DNA of 64,000 nucleotides from the human T2T-CHM13v2.0 reference genome, Homo sapiens, in the NCBI RefSeq assembly GCF_009914755.1, contig NC_060926.1; one strand, 5' to 3'. The notes below the pieces were generated by a model. It was not told the DNA's origin. It saw only the letters and a list, made by a program, of their open reading frames with translations, and made no database searches. A program made the translations under genes and the position numbers. The first letter of the stretch is position 1. Each line of letters starts with the position of its first letter. Of this stretch, positions 29,008 through 43,195 are shown in pieces.

Positions 29008-31675
29008 GTAAAAACATTTCTAATTTCAGGAAAAATGATTGAGTTTTCTCTACTAATTTTTCTTCTTACCTTGCCAAAATAATCTATACACCTTTGGCTA
29101 GCACAGTCCCAATAGGAACTGAAGTCACACTCATTCTCTGAAACAATTTGGAATGTGTATATCATGAACAATCATTTCCACCTCAACAAGACATAAAGGT
29201 TCCCAAACTAAATCTAATGCAAACATGTTATTTGGCTACTCTGGCCCCTGGAGATAAATATAATTTTATTGACAATACTGCTGGGTGTTGAGAATTCATT
29301 ATGTTTTAACAGATTCAGCTCACTATTTAGCATCTACATTTATAGCTTAATCTCACTAGTTCTCGTTTTATTAACTCATAAAAATAACCCAACAAAACTA
29401 ACAATATAATATTATTTCACTTCTGGGAAATAACCATTATCTAATATTTCATATTAAGAATTTTGTTTCATAAGAAATATTTCATACAAATTATTTATTA
29501 AATACTACCATAAAATTGTACTTCTGCATTATTTATTTTATCTGACATATTTTAATTATATAAGCAATTTGTGTACATTATTTAAAATAGGGAATACAAA
29601 AAAGAATATGATTGTTAAAAAACACCCAATAGTCCTGCCACCTAAACATAGACATGATCAACTCATTTTTTTCTTTCAATCATTTTTAATGAATAGACTT
29701 TAAAATAGTTGTAATTATATAACTGCATTCTGCACTTCATCATTTAGGTTTACATCATTAACATTTCTCCATATTATTACATTCTTTTGAAACATATCAT
29801 TTATGGGTGTCAAGTGGTGTACCACACATTACAGAGACTATTACTGAGTTTTATGTTAAAATATTTTCCATTATAAACAGGAATCAAATGAATATTTTGT
29901 AACTAAAGATTTTCTACATTTAGGCCAATTTGCTTAGGGTGATTCACAGAAATGGTCAAAGAGACTGAATTTTTAAAGAACTTTTGTTTTCCAAAAGACT
30001 GTATCTATTTACAGTTGCACTAATGGAGAATCGCGCTGTTTTCATCTGACTTTTTCGTTTCTTTAGCAATTACGAGAACAAAAATAAAAGCGTCACATCT
30101 ACTATCTCACTAACATCTGCAGATTTAGCTCTTTTGGATGGGTTTAGCAGATATTAACTCTCTCCATAAAACAAGGAAATTAAGTTCAGAGAGGTGGAGG
30201 AAGGTTACAGTTACACCATAGAGTGGTAGTGCTGAGACCTGGATTAAGTTCTTCCAAGTCCAATCTCTAGGGTTCTTGCTCATTGCACTAGGAGGACCCT
30301 TTGAGTCACAGTAACTCAGGATAGTCCATAATTATTTAATCCTAGCTCTTTCACTTATCCAGTGGGTCAAGAGGCAGGTGAGAAAAGGGGAGGAGGAAGA
30401 GGTTGGAGGCAGAGGAAAAGGAAGGGAACAAGAAAGTAAGGAAGGAGGGAAGGAAAGAAAAAAAGATGGGAAAATGAGAAGAAATAGATCTATTATGCCT
30501 ATGATTAGTAGGTGCTGAGTGGCCTTCTCCTGCTCCCTCTCTCCTAGGAAGGAAGGTGTGAGGGCGTGGGTGGGTGTCCTGGCAGTGAGGTGACCCACCC
30601 TTTCTTCACTCCTCTCCAGGCTGTGCTCCTTGCCTTTGTGTGGCCTGCCTCTATTTTGCGCTTTGTCTTCTCAATGTAACCTCTTCCCCTGCTGCTGTTT
30701 TGGTTTACTTATGCTCCAAGAGTCATTGATCAAGGCGGTCTTTAATACTCAATAACCAGATTGTACCAGAATTCAAATGTTAGATTTGAGGTTCATGCCT
30801 CTCAATAATATCCCAGGACCCTTGTCTAGGGATGACTCTGATTAATTGAAAGACTTTTCACAATTAATGAACTAAGGCACACAGCTGGTTAATACATTTA
30901 AAAGACTTGAGATATATATTTGAGACAGAAAGTGATTTGCTATCTACATATCTTGGGTGTCTGTGTCTCCTCTACCATTTATGGTGCGCTTTCTATATAT
31001 CAGACTCTGTGTGGCACATGCAAATGGTACATTCAGTCCCCACAGCAACTATAGTTATTATCTCCACTTTACAGATGAGAAAACACAGGCTCAAATATAT
31101 ACATAGTGTTATAACACATATATGTTTGTCTGTAATAGGCACAACACAGCTGGTAAGTCAAATAGCTGAGATTAAACCTTAGGTTTCTCCGATAAAAAAA
31201 TAATGGCTCTTTCTCTGTTCAAACAAAACAAAATAACACAAAAACAAAAACAAAAAAACAAAAGCACTATGTTTTAGTACTTTTTAGTACTCCAAGTATT
31301 AGTTTCTGGGAAATTATTGGGATGGAAAGCTTTGTTTTAGAGATAAAAATAAGGGGACTCACATGTATGTATCTCTCTCACACACGCACACACACAGACA
31401 CACACACACATACGCACACACACATAGTTGTCTCATCTCGGTTATAATCCCAGGAAACAGACCTTCACGTCTGCCTGTCCAGATTTTGTTCAGCACTTAT
31501 TCTCACACACTGTCTGTCATAACCACTATCCAACCTTATACATTCACCACCCACCTGGTTGTGAACCTTCAGTAAATTATCTTTTGGATAAAAAGACATG
31601 CTCTGTTTCAAACATGTTTTATCCCATCAAACAGCAACTCTACTGATTGAGCCATTTTGATGAATAGGAGGCAAA

Positions 31676-31678
<3 letters not shown>

Positions 31679-31724
<46 letters not shown>
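31679..31724. repeat. (GT)23 microsatellite
   Basis: Uninterrupted GT dinucleotide run. Confidence 0.95.
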
Positions 31725-31727
<3 letters not shown>

Positions 31728-32109
31728 TAAATTGAGGAGCAGGTAACCTAGCTCCAAATGTTCAGAACTGGCCATTTAATCTGAAGTAGAATTTTTTCAA
31801 GGCAGCGTGTAAAGTCTGATTTATTCTCATAGATGGTTTCCTCAGAAACTTGCCTTCCTCCAGCCATGTTCTCCTCTTTGAATGAGAACATTCTACATTC
31901 AATTTCTTGAGTTCCTTAAATCCCAGGGCAGCAGTCCTGGCTAAGAAAAGAGGACATAATCCATCAGTACCTGAAAACTCAGGCTTGTCTTCACAGAGAT
32001 GATAATCATTATTAATACCATTATCTTCCAAGAAAGGAGAACTCTGGGTGTATAAAGCTGAAACTTCAGACTCCAGCAATCACTCCTATTTCCTTCATAT
32101 TCTTACCAT

Positions 32110-32556
32110 ATTTAAAAATTTTTGCTACTTGCTACTGCAAAATCTCAGTAGCTTAATACAATTTAAGTTTACTTCTCACTCACATTAGGTACAAGGTGGG
32201 AGTTCTTAGTTGATGGATGGTTTCCCTACATCTGGTGATTCGAGGACCCAGGCTCCTTCCATAATTGTTACTGTTTCCTTCAAGGCATAAATTGCTGTTT
32301 CCCAGTGTGTCAACACCTGTCCAGCAGATGACAGCGACAATATGTAGGGTCACCAATACATCCTCCTTGTAGGATGGGAGATTTCTATGGGCTAGGACTG
32401 GAAATGGTACCCATTACTTCTGCTCAAATTCTAGTCACTGGAACCCAGACAAATGACCTTGTCTCACTGGAAAGGAGGCTGAGATGTTAAGTTTAGCTGG
32501 GTGCCCAGAAAGAAGAGCAAACTGTTTAGGTGAACAGCTAATCAATCTCTGCCATA
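32110..32556. mobile_element. Old MLT1-family MaLR LTR
   Basis: aaatctcagtagcttaa..ggacccaggctccttcc..ggactggaaatggtacccattacttctgctca..ggaggctgaga..gtgcccagaaagaagag..tctctgccata. Confidence 0.6.
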
Positions 32557-32621
32557 CTCACTAGAAAGATTCAGACAATTAATACATACGGTGGAAGATC
32601 CTTAGAAGTTATCTATTCAAA

Positions 32622-35410
32622 TTTAATGGACATTTATAAAATTCTCCACTCAAACAAAGCAGGATATACATTTCCGGGGAAGGCAGGAAATAGTTTGAAC
32701 TGAGGAAAAATGAAAATACAACATATTATATCTACAGAATGTGGGTAGAGTGCTGAGAGGAAATTTATAGAATTAAAGGCTAATGTTGGAAAAGAAGAAA
32801 TATTTTTTATTATACTTTAAGTTCTAGGGTACATGTGCACAACCTGCAGGTTTGTTACATATGTATACATGTGCCATGTTGGTGTGCTGCACCCATTAAC
32901 TCGTCATTTACATTATGTATATCTCCTAATGCAATCCCTCCCCACTGCCCCCACCCCATGACAGGCCCGAGTGTGTGATGTTCCCCTTCCTGTGTCCAAG
33001 TGTTCTCATTGTTCAATTTCCACCTATGAGTGAGAACATGCGGTGTTTAGTTTTTTGTCCTTGTGATAGTTTGCTGAGAATGATGGTTTCCAGCTTCATC
33101 CCTGTCCCTTACAAAGGACATGAACTCATCCTTTTTATGGCTGCATAGTATTCCATGGTGTATTTGCTTAATCCAGTCTGTCATTGATGAACATTTGGGT
33201 TGGTTCCAGGTCTTTGCTATTGTGAGTAGTGCCGCAGTGAACATACATGTACATGTGTCTTTATAACAGCATGATTTATAATCCTTTGAGTATATAGCCA
33301 GTAATGGGATGGCTGGGTCAAATGATATTTCTAGTTCTAGATCCTTGAGGACTAGTTCTAGATCCTTGAGGACTCGCCACACTGTCTTCCACAATGGTTG
33401 AACTAGTTTACAGTCCCACCAACAGTGTAAAAGTGTTCCTATTTCTCCACATCCTCTCCAGCATCTGTTGTTTCCTGACTTTTTAATGATTGCCATTCTA
33501 ACTGGTGTGAGATGGTATCTCATTGTGGTTTTGATTTGCATTTCTCTGATGGCCAGTGATGATGAGCATTTTTTCATGTGTTTTTTGGCTGCATAAATGT
33601 CTTCTTTTGAGAAGTGTCTGTTCATATCCTTCGCCCACTTGATGGGGTTGTTTTTTTCTTGTAAATTTGCTGGAGTTCTTTGCAGATTCTGGATATTAGC
33701 CCTTTGTCAGATAAGTAGATTGCAAAAATTTTCTCCCATTCTGAGGTTGCCTGTTCACTCTGATGGTAGTTTCTTTTGCTGTGCAGAAGCTCTTTAGTTT
33801 AATTAGATCGCATTTGTCAATTTTGGCTTTTGTTGCCATTGCTTTTAGTGTTTTAGACATGAAGTCCTTGCCCATGCCTATGTCCTAAATGGTATTGCCT
33901 AGGTTTTCTTCTAGGGTTTTTATGGTTTTAGGTCTAACATTTAAGTCTTGCCGATTCCCTTTCCATAAGTTCTATGCATTACTGAGAGAGGTGAAGTCTC
34001 AAACTATGCTTGTGAGTTTATTAATACTTTATTTCTGACAGTTTTTGCTTTATTTTTTAAGCTCTGTTTTTAGTTTTTATACACTTTGAATGTTATGTCT
34101 TCTTGGTAAACTGACTCTTATGGTTATGGAATATCCCTCTGTCTCTGGTAATTTTCTTTGCTCTGAAGCCTATTTTGATATTAATATAGTCATTCCAGCA
34201 TTAGATTAAAGCTTGCATGGTCTATATTTCTCCATTCTTTTACTTTTAATCTGCCTGTATCATTATCATTATAGACAGCATATAATTGGATCATATGTTT
34301 GTTTATTCATTCTGAAAATCTCTGTGTCTTAACTGGGTGCTTAGACACTTTGCATTTAATGTAATTATTGATATGTTTGGATTTAGGTTTACCATTTTAT
34401 ATTTGATTTCTGTGTATTAAGCTCTGCTTTCCATTTCTTTATTCCTCTTTCCAGCTTTCTTTTGGGATAGTTGAACATTTTTTAAATATTCCATTTTTAT
34501 TTATCTGTTATATTTTGACTATATCTCTTTGTTTTGTTTCAGTTTTGTTTCTCTGCTTATTTGTTTTAGTGGTTGCTCTAAGGATTACAGTAAACATATT
34601 TAATGTTTAAAAATCTACTTTTAATCAATGTTGTACGACTTGAAGTGGGACATATAGACCTTACAGGAATATACAGGAATCAAATAAACAAAAGAAGTGC
34701 AAACTTATACTCTGAAAACAACAAGCATTATTGAAAGAAATTTTGAAAGCTCTAAGTAAATGGGAAGACATCCTATGCTTATGGATTGCAAGATTTAATA
34801 TTGTTAAGATAACTATACTACCAAAAATATTCTACAGATTCAATGCAATCCCCATTAAAATTCCAGTTGCCTATTTTGCAGAACTTGACAAGCTTCTAAT
34901 AAAATCCACGTCAAAATGCCTGGAATGCAGGATAGCCAAAATAGTTTTTACAAAGGAGAAAAAAGTTGGAGGACTCGCACTTCCCAACTTCAAAACTTAT
35001 TACAAAGTTATAATGATAAAGACAGTGTGGTACTAACATATGGATAGACATAAAGATCACTAGAACAGAACCGAGAGACCAGAAATAAACTCTCACCTTT
35101 ATGTACAACTGATTTTCAACAAGCATGCTAAGACAATTTATTGTGAAAAGAATCATCTCTTCAAATGGTGCTGGGACAACTAGATATCCACATGCTAAAG
35201 AATAAAGTTAGATCCCTATCTCACACCATATTCAAAAATTAACTCAAAATGGATGAAGGACCTAAATGTAAGGCTTAATTCTATAAAATGTTAGAAGAAA
35301 ACATAGACATAAATCTTTGTGACCTTGGATTAGGAAATGATTTCTTATGTAAGATACCAAAACACAAGCAATAAAATAAAAATAAATAAATTGAACTCTA
35401 AAAAAAAAAG
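32622..35410 (+). mobile_element. Composite L1-mediated insertion: inverted L1PA 3' end plus transduced old-L1 flank and poly(A)
   Basis: Perfect 17-bp TSD GAAGTTATCTATTCAAA at 32605-32621 and 35411-35427; TT|AGAA endonuclease site; AATAAA cluster at about 35370-35390 and an A tail at 35400-35409. Confidence 0.85.
32801..33949 (-). mobile_element. L1PA (L1PA4/5-like) 3' 1.15 kb
   Basis: Track ORF 33047-33625 is the ORF2 C-terminus; L1PA 3' UTR and a short A tail at about 32801-32812. Confidence 0.93.
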
Positions 35411-37204
35411 GAAGTTATCTATTCAAAATCAACATCTAAATATGTCTTTTATAAAATCACTAACTGGTATCCTCTAATCTCTCACTAGAAATTTTAGTAA
35501 TATGCAATGCATTTTGAATGTATTTATATTCCCTTGTTAACACAGAAAATGCATAAAATGCAATAGACCAGATTAATACAACATGGCATAGTTAAGCCTT
35601 TTAAGATGCTAGGGATATCTAAAGCTGAGTTTTTTTCTGGCAATCATTAGGCAAAATCCTTAACATATTTTTGTAATGCCTCTGACTCCTTCCCAGTGTG
35701 TTTCTAACTTCTTTGATAAAACCAGGACAATTGATCATTTTGTTTGAGACATAAACACAGTAAGTGTCACTTAAGGTCAATGTTGGTTGGTGGTCTTCAG
35801 CCATATTTTACTTCTCATTAAAGCAGCCAGACCGAAAATTGTGTCCAGAGGTGGTGTTTAGTGAGTCTGGTTTAGGAGTAAGGAAGGCTTTAAGAACCAA
35901 GCTGCTTCTGTCTGTGCATATGATCTTTATGTCTCCAGAAATATTCAGAAATTCCTGTCGATTATAGCAATATCTACAGTTCAAAGGAGAATTCAAACCA
36001 CAAGCTATTCTAACATCTGTTTTGGTTTTATGGTCAATCTGAATAGTTGTAATTTACATTCACTGGCACCACACAATGAGGTTATTTTCAAACTACCGTA
36101 CTGTGTTAAAAAATTTCCTTGGACTTAGATCGTGAGCCAAGTCTTAACTATCCATACCAACAAAGAAGAAAATTCTAAGAATTATCAATAACTAGTTTAA
36201 AACTCACCTGAAACCATGGTCTTAACCTCTTTGCTACCAGTCTTTATGGCAGACTTCTATTGCAGTTCATTACTAGCTTAAGGCTTCATCAGAGAAACTC
36301 ATAAGAAGGCAGAGAAAAGACAATATTAAGGGTAGAAGAGAAGCAGAGGGCGTGGATACAGGGTTAATTACACCCCTAATTGAGAAAGAGAATAGCTCAG
36401 GAATTATTGCTAAATGGAAACAAGATGCATCATGTACTCAGACCACCCAATAGTTAGAGTAAATCATTTGTGAATGGGGCCGCCTATTCTATAACCTCAG
36501 TTAGGTATTTCGTTAGACAGATATTCTTTATCCCTGTGATGGACCTTGTCAGCCCTCCCAGTCCTCTGTCCAATGCTGCCTACATCAGCCAGATACCACC
36601 AACTGCCTTTTCCTCACTAGAGGACTCAAACCAGCTTCCTGTGTACTAAATTCTGCAATACAGGAAAAGTAACAAGCTCAGAAGCAGGAATAGAAAATTG
36701 CTATATGATATAAAAAATAATGGTTACCATTTGCACATCACTGAGAACGTGTCTGGACTTGTGCAATGTCCTTTGCCATATGCAATCTCACGTTCTTCTT
36801 TCAAAACTCTCTGAGAGGTACTGTGTTTTTCCTATTTTGGAGATGTTCTGAGGCACATCGATTATTTGTGTGACACTGAGCAAGTTTCTTACTCACTGAT
36901 GGGGTTGGAGTTCAAAGCCAGGTTTACCTAACCTCAAAGGGCAGACCCTCCACTATGTTGTCTTCTCTCTCTCTGCATTTTCCTCACCACTTACTTCAGA
37001 ATCCGGGAGGACTTGACTCTTGCCACCTTGCTGTGGCCTGTGCTTCCTCCTGGGTGTGAGAGTCTGCTACTGCTCACCCTCTTGTTGCTGACCCGTAGTG
37101 CTTCTCTGCTCCTCTCCCTGGCGTCCACCTCTCCCACTCCTGGTACCTGGGGCTAGGGTACCCCTAAACAGACTGTTGTATGAGTAACTGCCAGACAATT
37201 GTAT

Positions 37205-37316
37205 TACCATCTTCTATTAGACACCGTTGACTGCAACACCTATCCTAATTTCAGAGAAGGTAAAATGTGAATAAAACAAAAACAAAAATAAATCACTGGA
37301 ATTGATGAAATGCCAC
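37205..37316. mobile_element. Possible TcMar (MER104-like) fragment
   Basis: ctaatttcagagaaggtaaaatgtg..gaattgatgaaat resembles the MER104 terminus as I remember it. Confidence 0.4.
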
Positions 37317-37888
37317 AGGGAGATCCCACATTTACAATAATAAGGCTTGTTCCATGAGAATTTCTTCTGAATAAGAAATTTAAAAGTCTTGACATGATTC
37401 CTTTAAAATTTTAAGTTCACATACTCCATTTCATAATACAAATTTATGATGGGGGATGGGGAATCAGAAAACATACCTAAAACTGGTGGTTCTCCTTTTG
37501 CTCTTACATCACTCATGTGCCGTGGCCTCAGAACTTACATCCTAAGCATATGTCATGGTAATGCTCAACAATAGGCTGTCTATGTCAATTTAAGATGCTG
37601 GTTGGTGTTCACTATAAACAAAAACACCAGGAAACACCTCCTTGAATAATATCAACATTTATTTTGATTTTGTGATTTTCTTTACAAATTTAGTGCAAAA
37701 AACTTTGCATCTGTTGCTTTATTTACAGGTTGATGATGCAAATTAGCTAATTCATGGAACATAAACCATGACATCTACACGTGTTCTTAAGTAAATTAAC
37801 TAAAAAGTAAAATAAAAACATTAGAGTTGAAACTGACCCGTGGTTCTTATCCCAGTTACTATGGCAGGCCCTTGTTTATTTTTATTAA

Positions 37889-38317
<429 letters not shown>

Positions 38318-40614
38318 TAACACCCCTCACCCCCGCCACGGCAATTTTCCTTCTTCTATCCCTTACCCAGCTTTGGGAATGTTGAGCTTTTAGTACACAG
38401 AGGCTAATTTTCAGGACTGCTAAAGTGCTGCTGTTTAACACCATAATAAGCTCGCTGAAAAGCTGCTAATGCATTTCTACTGAGCTCTTGTAAATTACTC
38501 TCCTGCATTTAGAACATGTGAACAGTTATGGAAGCACACAGTGCCCTAAGACAAAATGAAAGGGGAATGATTTGCAGTTTTAGGGAAGATGCAGACCATT
38601 TCCCCCTTGGACTCAGCTGGGCACACACTGATGAGGGCGTATGTGCATAGGCATCCCATTTGCCTTCCCATGTTTGTCTCTCTGCACAGGGCTGTATTCT
38701 GAAGCAATAACTCTGAAGCCATCACATTTCTGGGCACTGCAACCCTCAAAAGAGGCACAGGCAGGCATGCCAGGGGACAGGGGAAGAGTCTCCTGCACAG
38801 GGTGGCAATTCTAAGGAACTAAGCTGTAAGTGGCTCCTACCATAGGGAATAGGCATCATCCATTGATTGCCCTACAGTGTGGACAATCATTGATGAAAAC
38901 CTGCGGTAAAGAAGGGAAAATTATGCAACACCAATAAGGCAGCTAAATTGCTCTCCTCTCTGGGCCAAGAGCGCCTGAAACCTGCTCAAATGGGAGAGTC
39001 CATTCAGTTATTCACTTGTGCATTCAATAAACCATTACAGAATATCTACATTAGAAGGAAGCTGAATATCCACTGATCTTGGTAAATTTTTTCTTACCAA
39101 CATTTAGTGGACCTTTAGACTATAACTGTTTTTTGTATAGTAAATGGAGAAGGACAAAAAAGTAAGTTTCTTAAAAATGTGACACTACCATAAATAAGCA
39201 GTAAAACTTCACAGTAAGAAATGAAAACAGCAATAGACTGATCCTGTCCTGTCTGGGAAAAAGACCTGAAATATGTGTGATGCCAAGGTTACCAATTAGA
39301 AATGGGCCTTACTAGGCAGGCAGGGGATTGACAAATGTGATTCCTTCTTTGAAAATTCTTCCTCTCCAGTAGTGGTTGAATGGGGTGCGTGTGTGTGAAA
39401 GAGAGCACAAGTCCATTTGTCATTTTATCAATGCGTAACATAATAAGTGGCAATCATTAACTTACTAAATGTCTGAACTAGAAGGAATCTAATAGATCAA
39501 ATAATAGTTCATCTTCTTATTTTGCAGGTAAGAAAAAATAATACTTAGAGCATTTATTCATTAGTCACAGAGCCAGTTCCAAAGTCCCAAACTTGTTAAT
39601 CTTGGATATACAAATCAATACAAGTTCGATGCCTGGCTCCAGGATGCTTACTAAACATTTGAAAGTCAGGGCATATGCAATGGGAACCAGAAAGGGGTAA
39701 CGCAGAGGTTCGAAGTTTCCATAGCTCAACATTCTTGATAGACGGAGGAAGCTCAGGTGAAAACATCATGGTCACGGCCAATGGTTTTCCAAAGTCTTTG
39801 TGTCCAAAAGTAGGACACATTGAAGAGCACATTTGACTCTCTGCTGTTATGTCAGGAATTAAGTTACTACCAGTTTTGAAATCAGTTCCAGTTTCTGCAA
39901 ATTACAGAATGGAGGATGTTTCTGGAGAGTTATTAGGACATTGTGTAGCCACCAGGAGTTGCTAAATCCTGTAGCCTGTGTTGATCCCTTTTCTGGTGAC
40001 ATTGATTCCACTGTCCTGAATACTGAAAAAAACAGGGCTATGGTCATCATCTATAGTAATTTAAACTCACTTCCATGTTCAGTTTAAGTTTAAAATTGTT
40101 AAGTGGGGAATCTAACCCACGTTTCTACTCTAGTACCTTTCAGAGCACACAAAATTAACAGCAAATGAAATGGATTCACTATTTCATTTAGTATGGTTGA
40201 AAAAGACTGATGATTTGGCAACCAAAATTATATTTCCTCAAAATCAAGTCAATCGTGCAAAAAGCTCTTTTTCAAAGGCTCATCATGAAGAGCCCAGTGG
40301 GAAGATGGGAAATGGCACCGCCCTGACACACCTGTATACCACACCATCCCCACCTTCTGCTCTTGCTGATGAGGGCTGAAGTCAACAGAACTGGCAGTGA
40401 GATGCCTCCCTCTGATCTTCACAGATGGACACAGCTGTCAGCATGTCATGTAGGTGCCAATTAGGGAGGACTTACATTTTCCTCAGCATTGGCAAAGTCT
40501 TAATGATTATGTAAATGTATCTGAGGCCTGTTAACTTGTAATGATGGAAGAAATTATGTCCTGTTCATGTATCACTTTGCAAGATGTATGATGACTTTCT
40601 CTTTCTCTCAATAG

Positions 40615-40740
<126 letters not shown>

Positions 40741-42519
40741 TGATGTCTACTATTAGAACTGAGTGATCCTTACATACATGGTAGCTGCCAAAATATAACA
40801 TCCTATTCAGAGCCCAGCAAAAGCCCAGATGGGCTAAAAAGTGTCAGAAGGCTGGACTTGAGGAAACTTAAGGAAATCTGCCCACATTGCCTTTTTCTTT
40901 TATTCCTTTTTTCTTTATGGAAACCCACAGGGAGAGATCTCACTGCCTATTGCGGGATAGTCTTAGGTGTTTATAAAGGGAAGAGTAGAAAAATTGTTAG
41001 AAGATATGTTTTGAGGGTAGGGGTAAATTTCAAGTCTTAGGAGTTTTTTTAAAGTGACAGAAATAAGTGTGTTCAAGTAAAAAAAAAAATCATAAAAATG
41101 TCCCAGTTTTATCAGCTAAGTGAGCAAACTGCAAAGCTCTTAGAAAAACATTGCTTTTTGCTCACATCAGTTACTACGTCACCTCTACTGGCTGTATCTT
41201 TTCCTCATCAGTACACTAGAAAGAAACCAGGCCAGGCTTTCAGGGAAGGCTTAAGTGATGCTTCCTATAGTTTTCACAGAGCCTCCCAACCTCCCTTCTT
41301 CTTAGGCCTGTCAGTCAGCTGTATAGAGGCCTTGGTTTTGCTTCCAGAATGTGTTATGATGAAGTTTTGAGGTTTCCTCAAAACTTTCAGCTTTTTCTTA
41401 AGGAGCACATCTTGTCAGGGTATGATTTTACCATGTCACCAAAGTGCAAATACAGACTGCACATGGCAAATGGAGAAGTTTGGTTGACAGGGCGATAGAA
41501 CTGAATGGGCATTATAAAAAGGGCTGAGATTTGGGAAGAGAAATGGTGGTAGAATTAGACATTTATGGAGCAAAAAGGGATGTCAGAAATCCTCACACAA
41601 GTAGGTGGAGAAGTGGTGTGTTCAACATCACAAAGCCACCATGGCTGAGCCATGCTTCACTAGAAATCAGACATGTTGGAAAAGATGATGGCTTTCCACA
41701 GCCGTGGTCCAGGAATAAAGTCCAGCCAAGGCCCTTACATCTGGGAGAAAGTAGGACCTTTGTGGATGTTCATCCATAGAGAGAAGTAGAGTGCTAGCAA
41801 TAAGTGTCAGATCAGGCATCCTTCTAGATTGTAGTTTATCCAACAATACCCCAAATAATCAGTAGTAGGGAACTACTCATTTGGGCATGAATTTCAGATA
41901 ACATAGCTATTAAAGTTGCTCATAATTCTTGGGTTGTGGGTTACAAGGATCTGCCTTCATAGCCAACATTCATGCATTGTAAAGTCCTGACTGCTACAGT
42001 TACCACTTGATATTAACAAACACCAGCATGGGCAAGGTGCTCCAATGATCATCCAGCTCTTGATTAGGGTATTTTATTTCATGGCAACACGATACATATA
42101 GCACACAATGAAGGCCCATGGATGGTGGCAAATTAACCCACTGTGCTGGTGTGGACACCTTCATTTTGAAGTTTTATCCTCATTAAGAACTCTTAGCTTA
42201 CCAAAAAGATGTATTTGCTTATTTTCTTTTAAGCAGTATTGCGTTTGGAGATGAAAGATGTACACAGTATTGTCGCTCACATGATCCCTTCCTACATGAG
42301 CCAACACACCTTAACAAGCATAAACTACTCAGTTAAATAGTATGTTGACCTTTGAGAAACCTTAACCATGACATAATACACTAACACATTTAAATATTAA
42401 GATGGCATATAAATAACATCATTTTTATGTATATATTTTCAACTTCCCTCTCAATCACTTTCTTAGGACATTGTGAACAATTCAAGGAGCCACTTACTTG
42501 GATTGTTTAAAAACTATCT

Positions 42520-42839
42520 GGCCAGGCATGGTGGCTCACATTTATAATCCCAGTACTTTGGGAGGCCGAGGCAGTGGATCACTTGAGGCCAGGAGTTTGA
42601 GACCAGCCTGGCCAATGTGGTGAAACCCCATCTCTACTAAAAATACAAAAAATTAGTTAGGTGTGGGTGTATGTGCCTGTAGTCCTAGCTATTCTGGAGG
42701 CTGAGGCAGGAGAATTGCTTGAACCCTGGAGGCAGAGACTGCAGTGAGCTGAGATCATCCCACTACATTACAGCCTGGGTGACAGAGCAAGACCTCATCT
42801 CAAAAAAAAAAATAAAAATAAAAATAAATTAAAAAAAAA
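42520..42839 (+). mobile_element. Alu (AluS/J-like) in intron 4
   Basis: Full Alu dimer, sense orientation, A-rich tail. Confidence 0.94.
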
Positions 42840-42977
42840 TATTTCACCCAACAAGGCTCTATTATCAGTGGCCACCTTGGGTCTCTAGTTGGATCTTCTA
42901 AAGCATTTTGTAATTAAGTCTACTTTGATCAATATCAAAATTTATGCCACCCTGAAGGATAAGTCTATACTCTATAG

Positions 42978-43195
42978 AAAGGATTGTCAAGCTTTTTCTG
43001 TAAAGGACAAGATAGTACATATTTTAGGATTTGCTGACTGTGTGATTTCTATTGCAACTTCTCAACTCTGCCTCTAGAGCTTGAAAGCAGCTATAGACAA
43101 TATGTAAATAAATGGGTGTGGCTGTGTGACTAATAAAACTTTATCTACAAAGACAGGATTTGGTTTATGAACCATAGGCTTGCGGAGCTATAATC
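42978..43195. mobile_element. MER58A hAT-Charlie MITE
   Basis: tttttctgtaaaggacaagatagta..attttagg..caactctgcc..aaagcagctatagacaatatgtaaataaatgggtgtggctgtgt..aataaaactttat. Confidence 0.8.
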
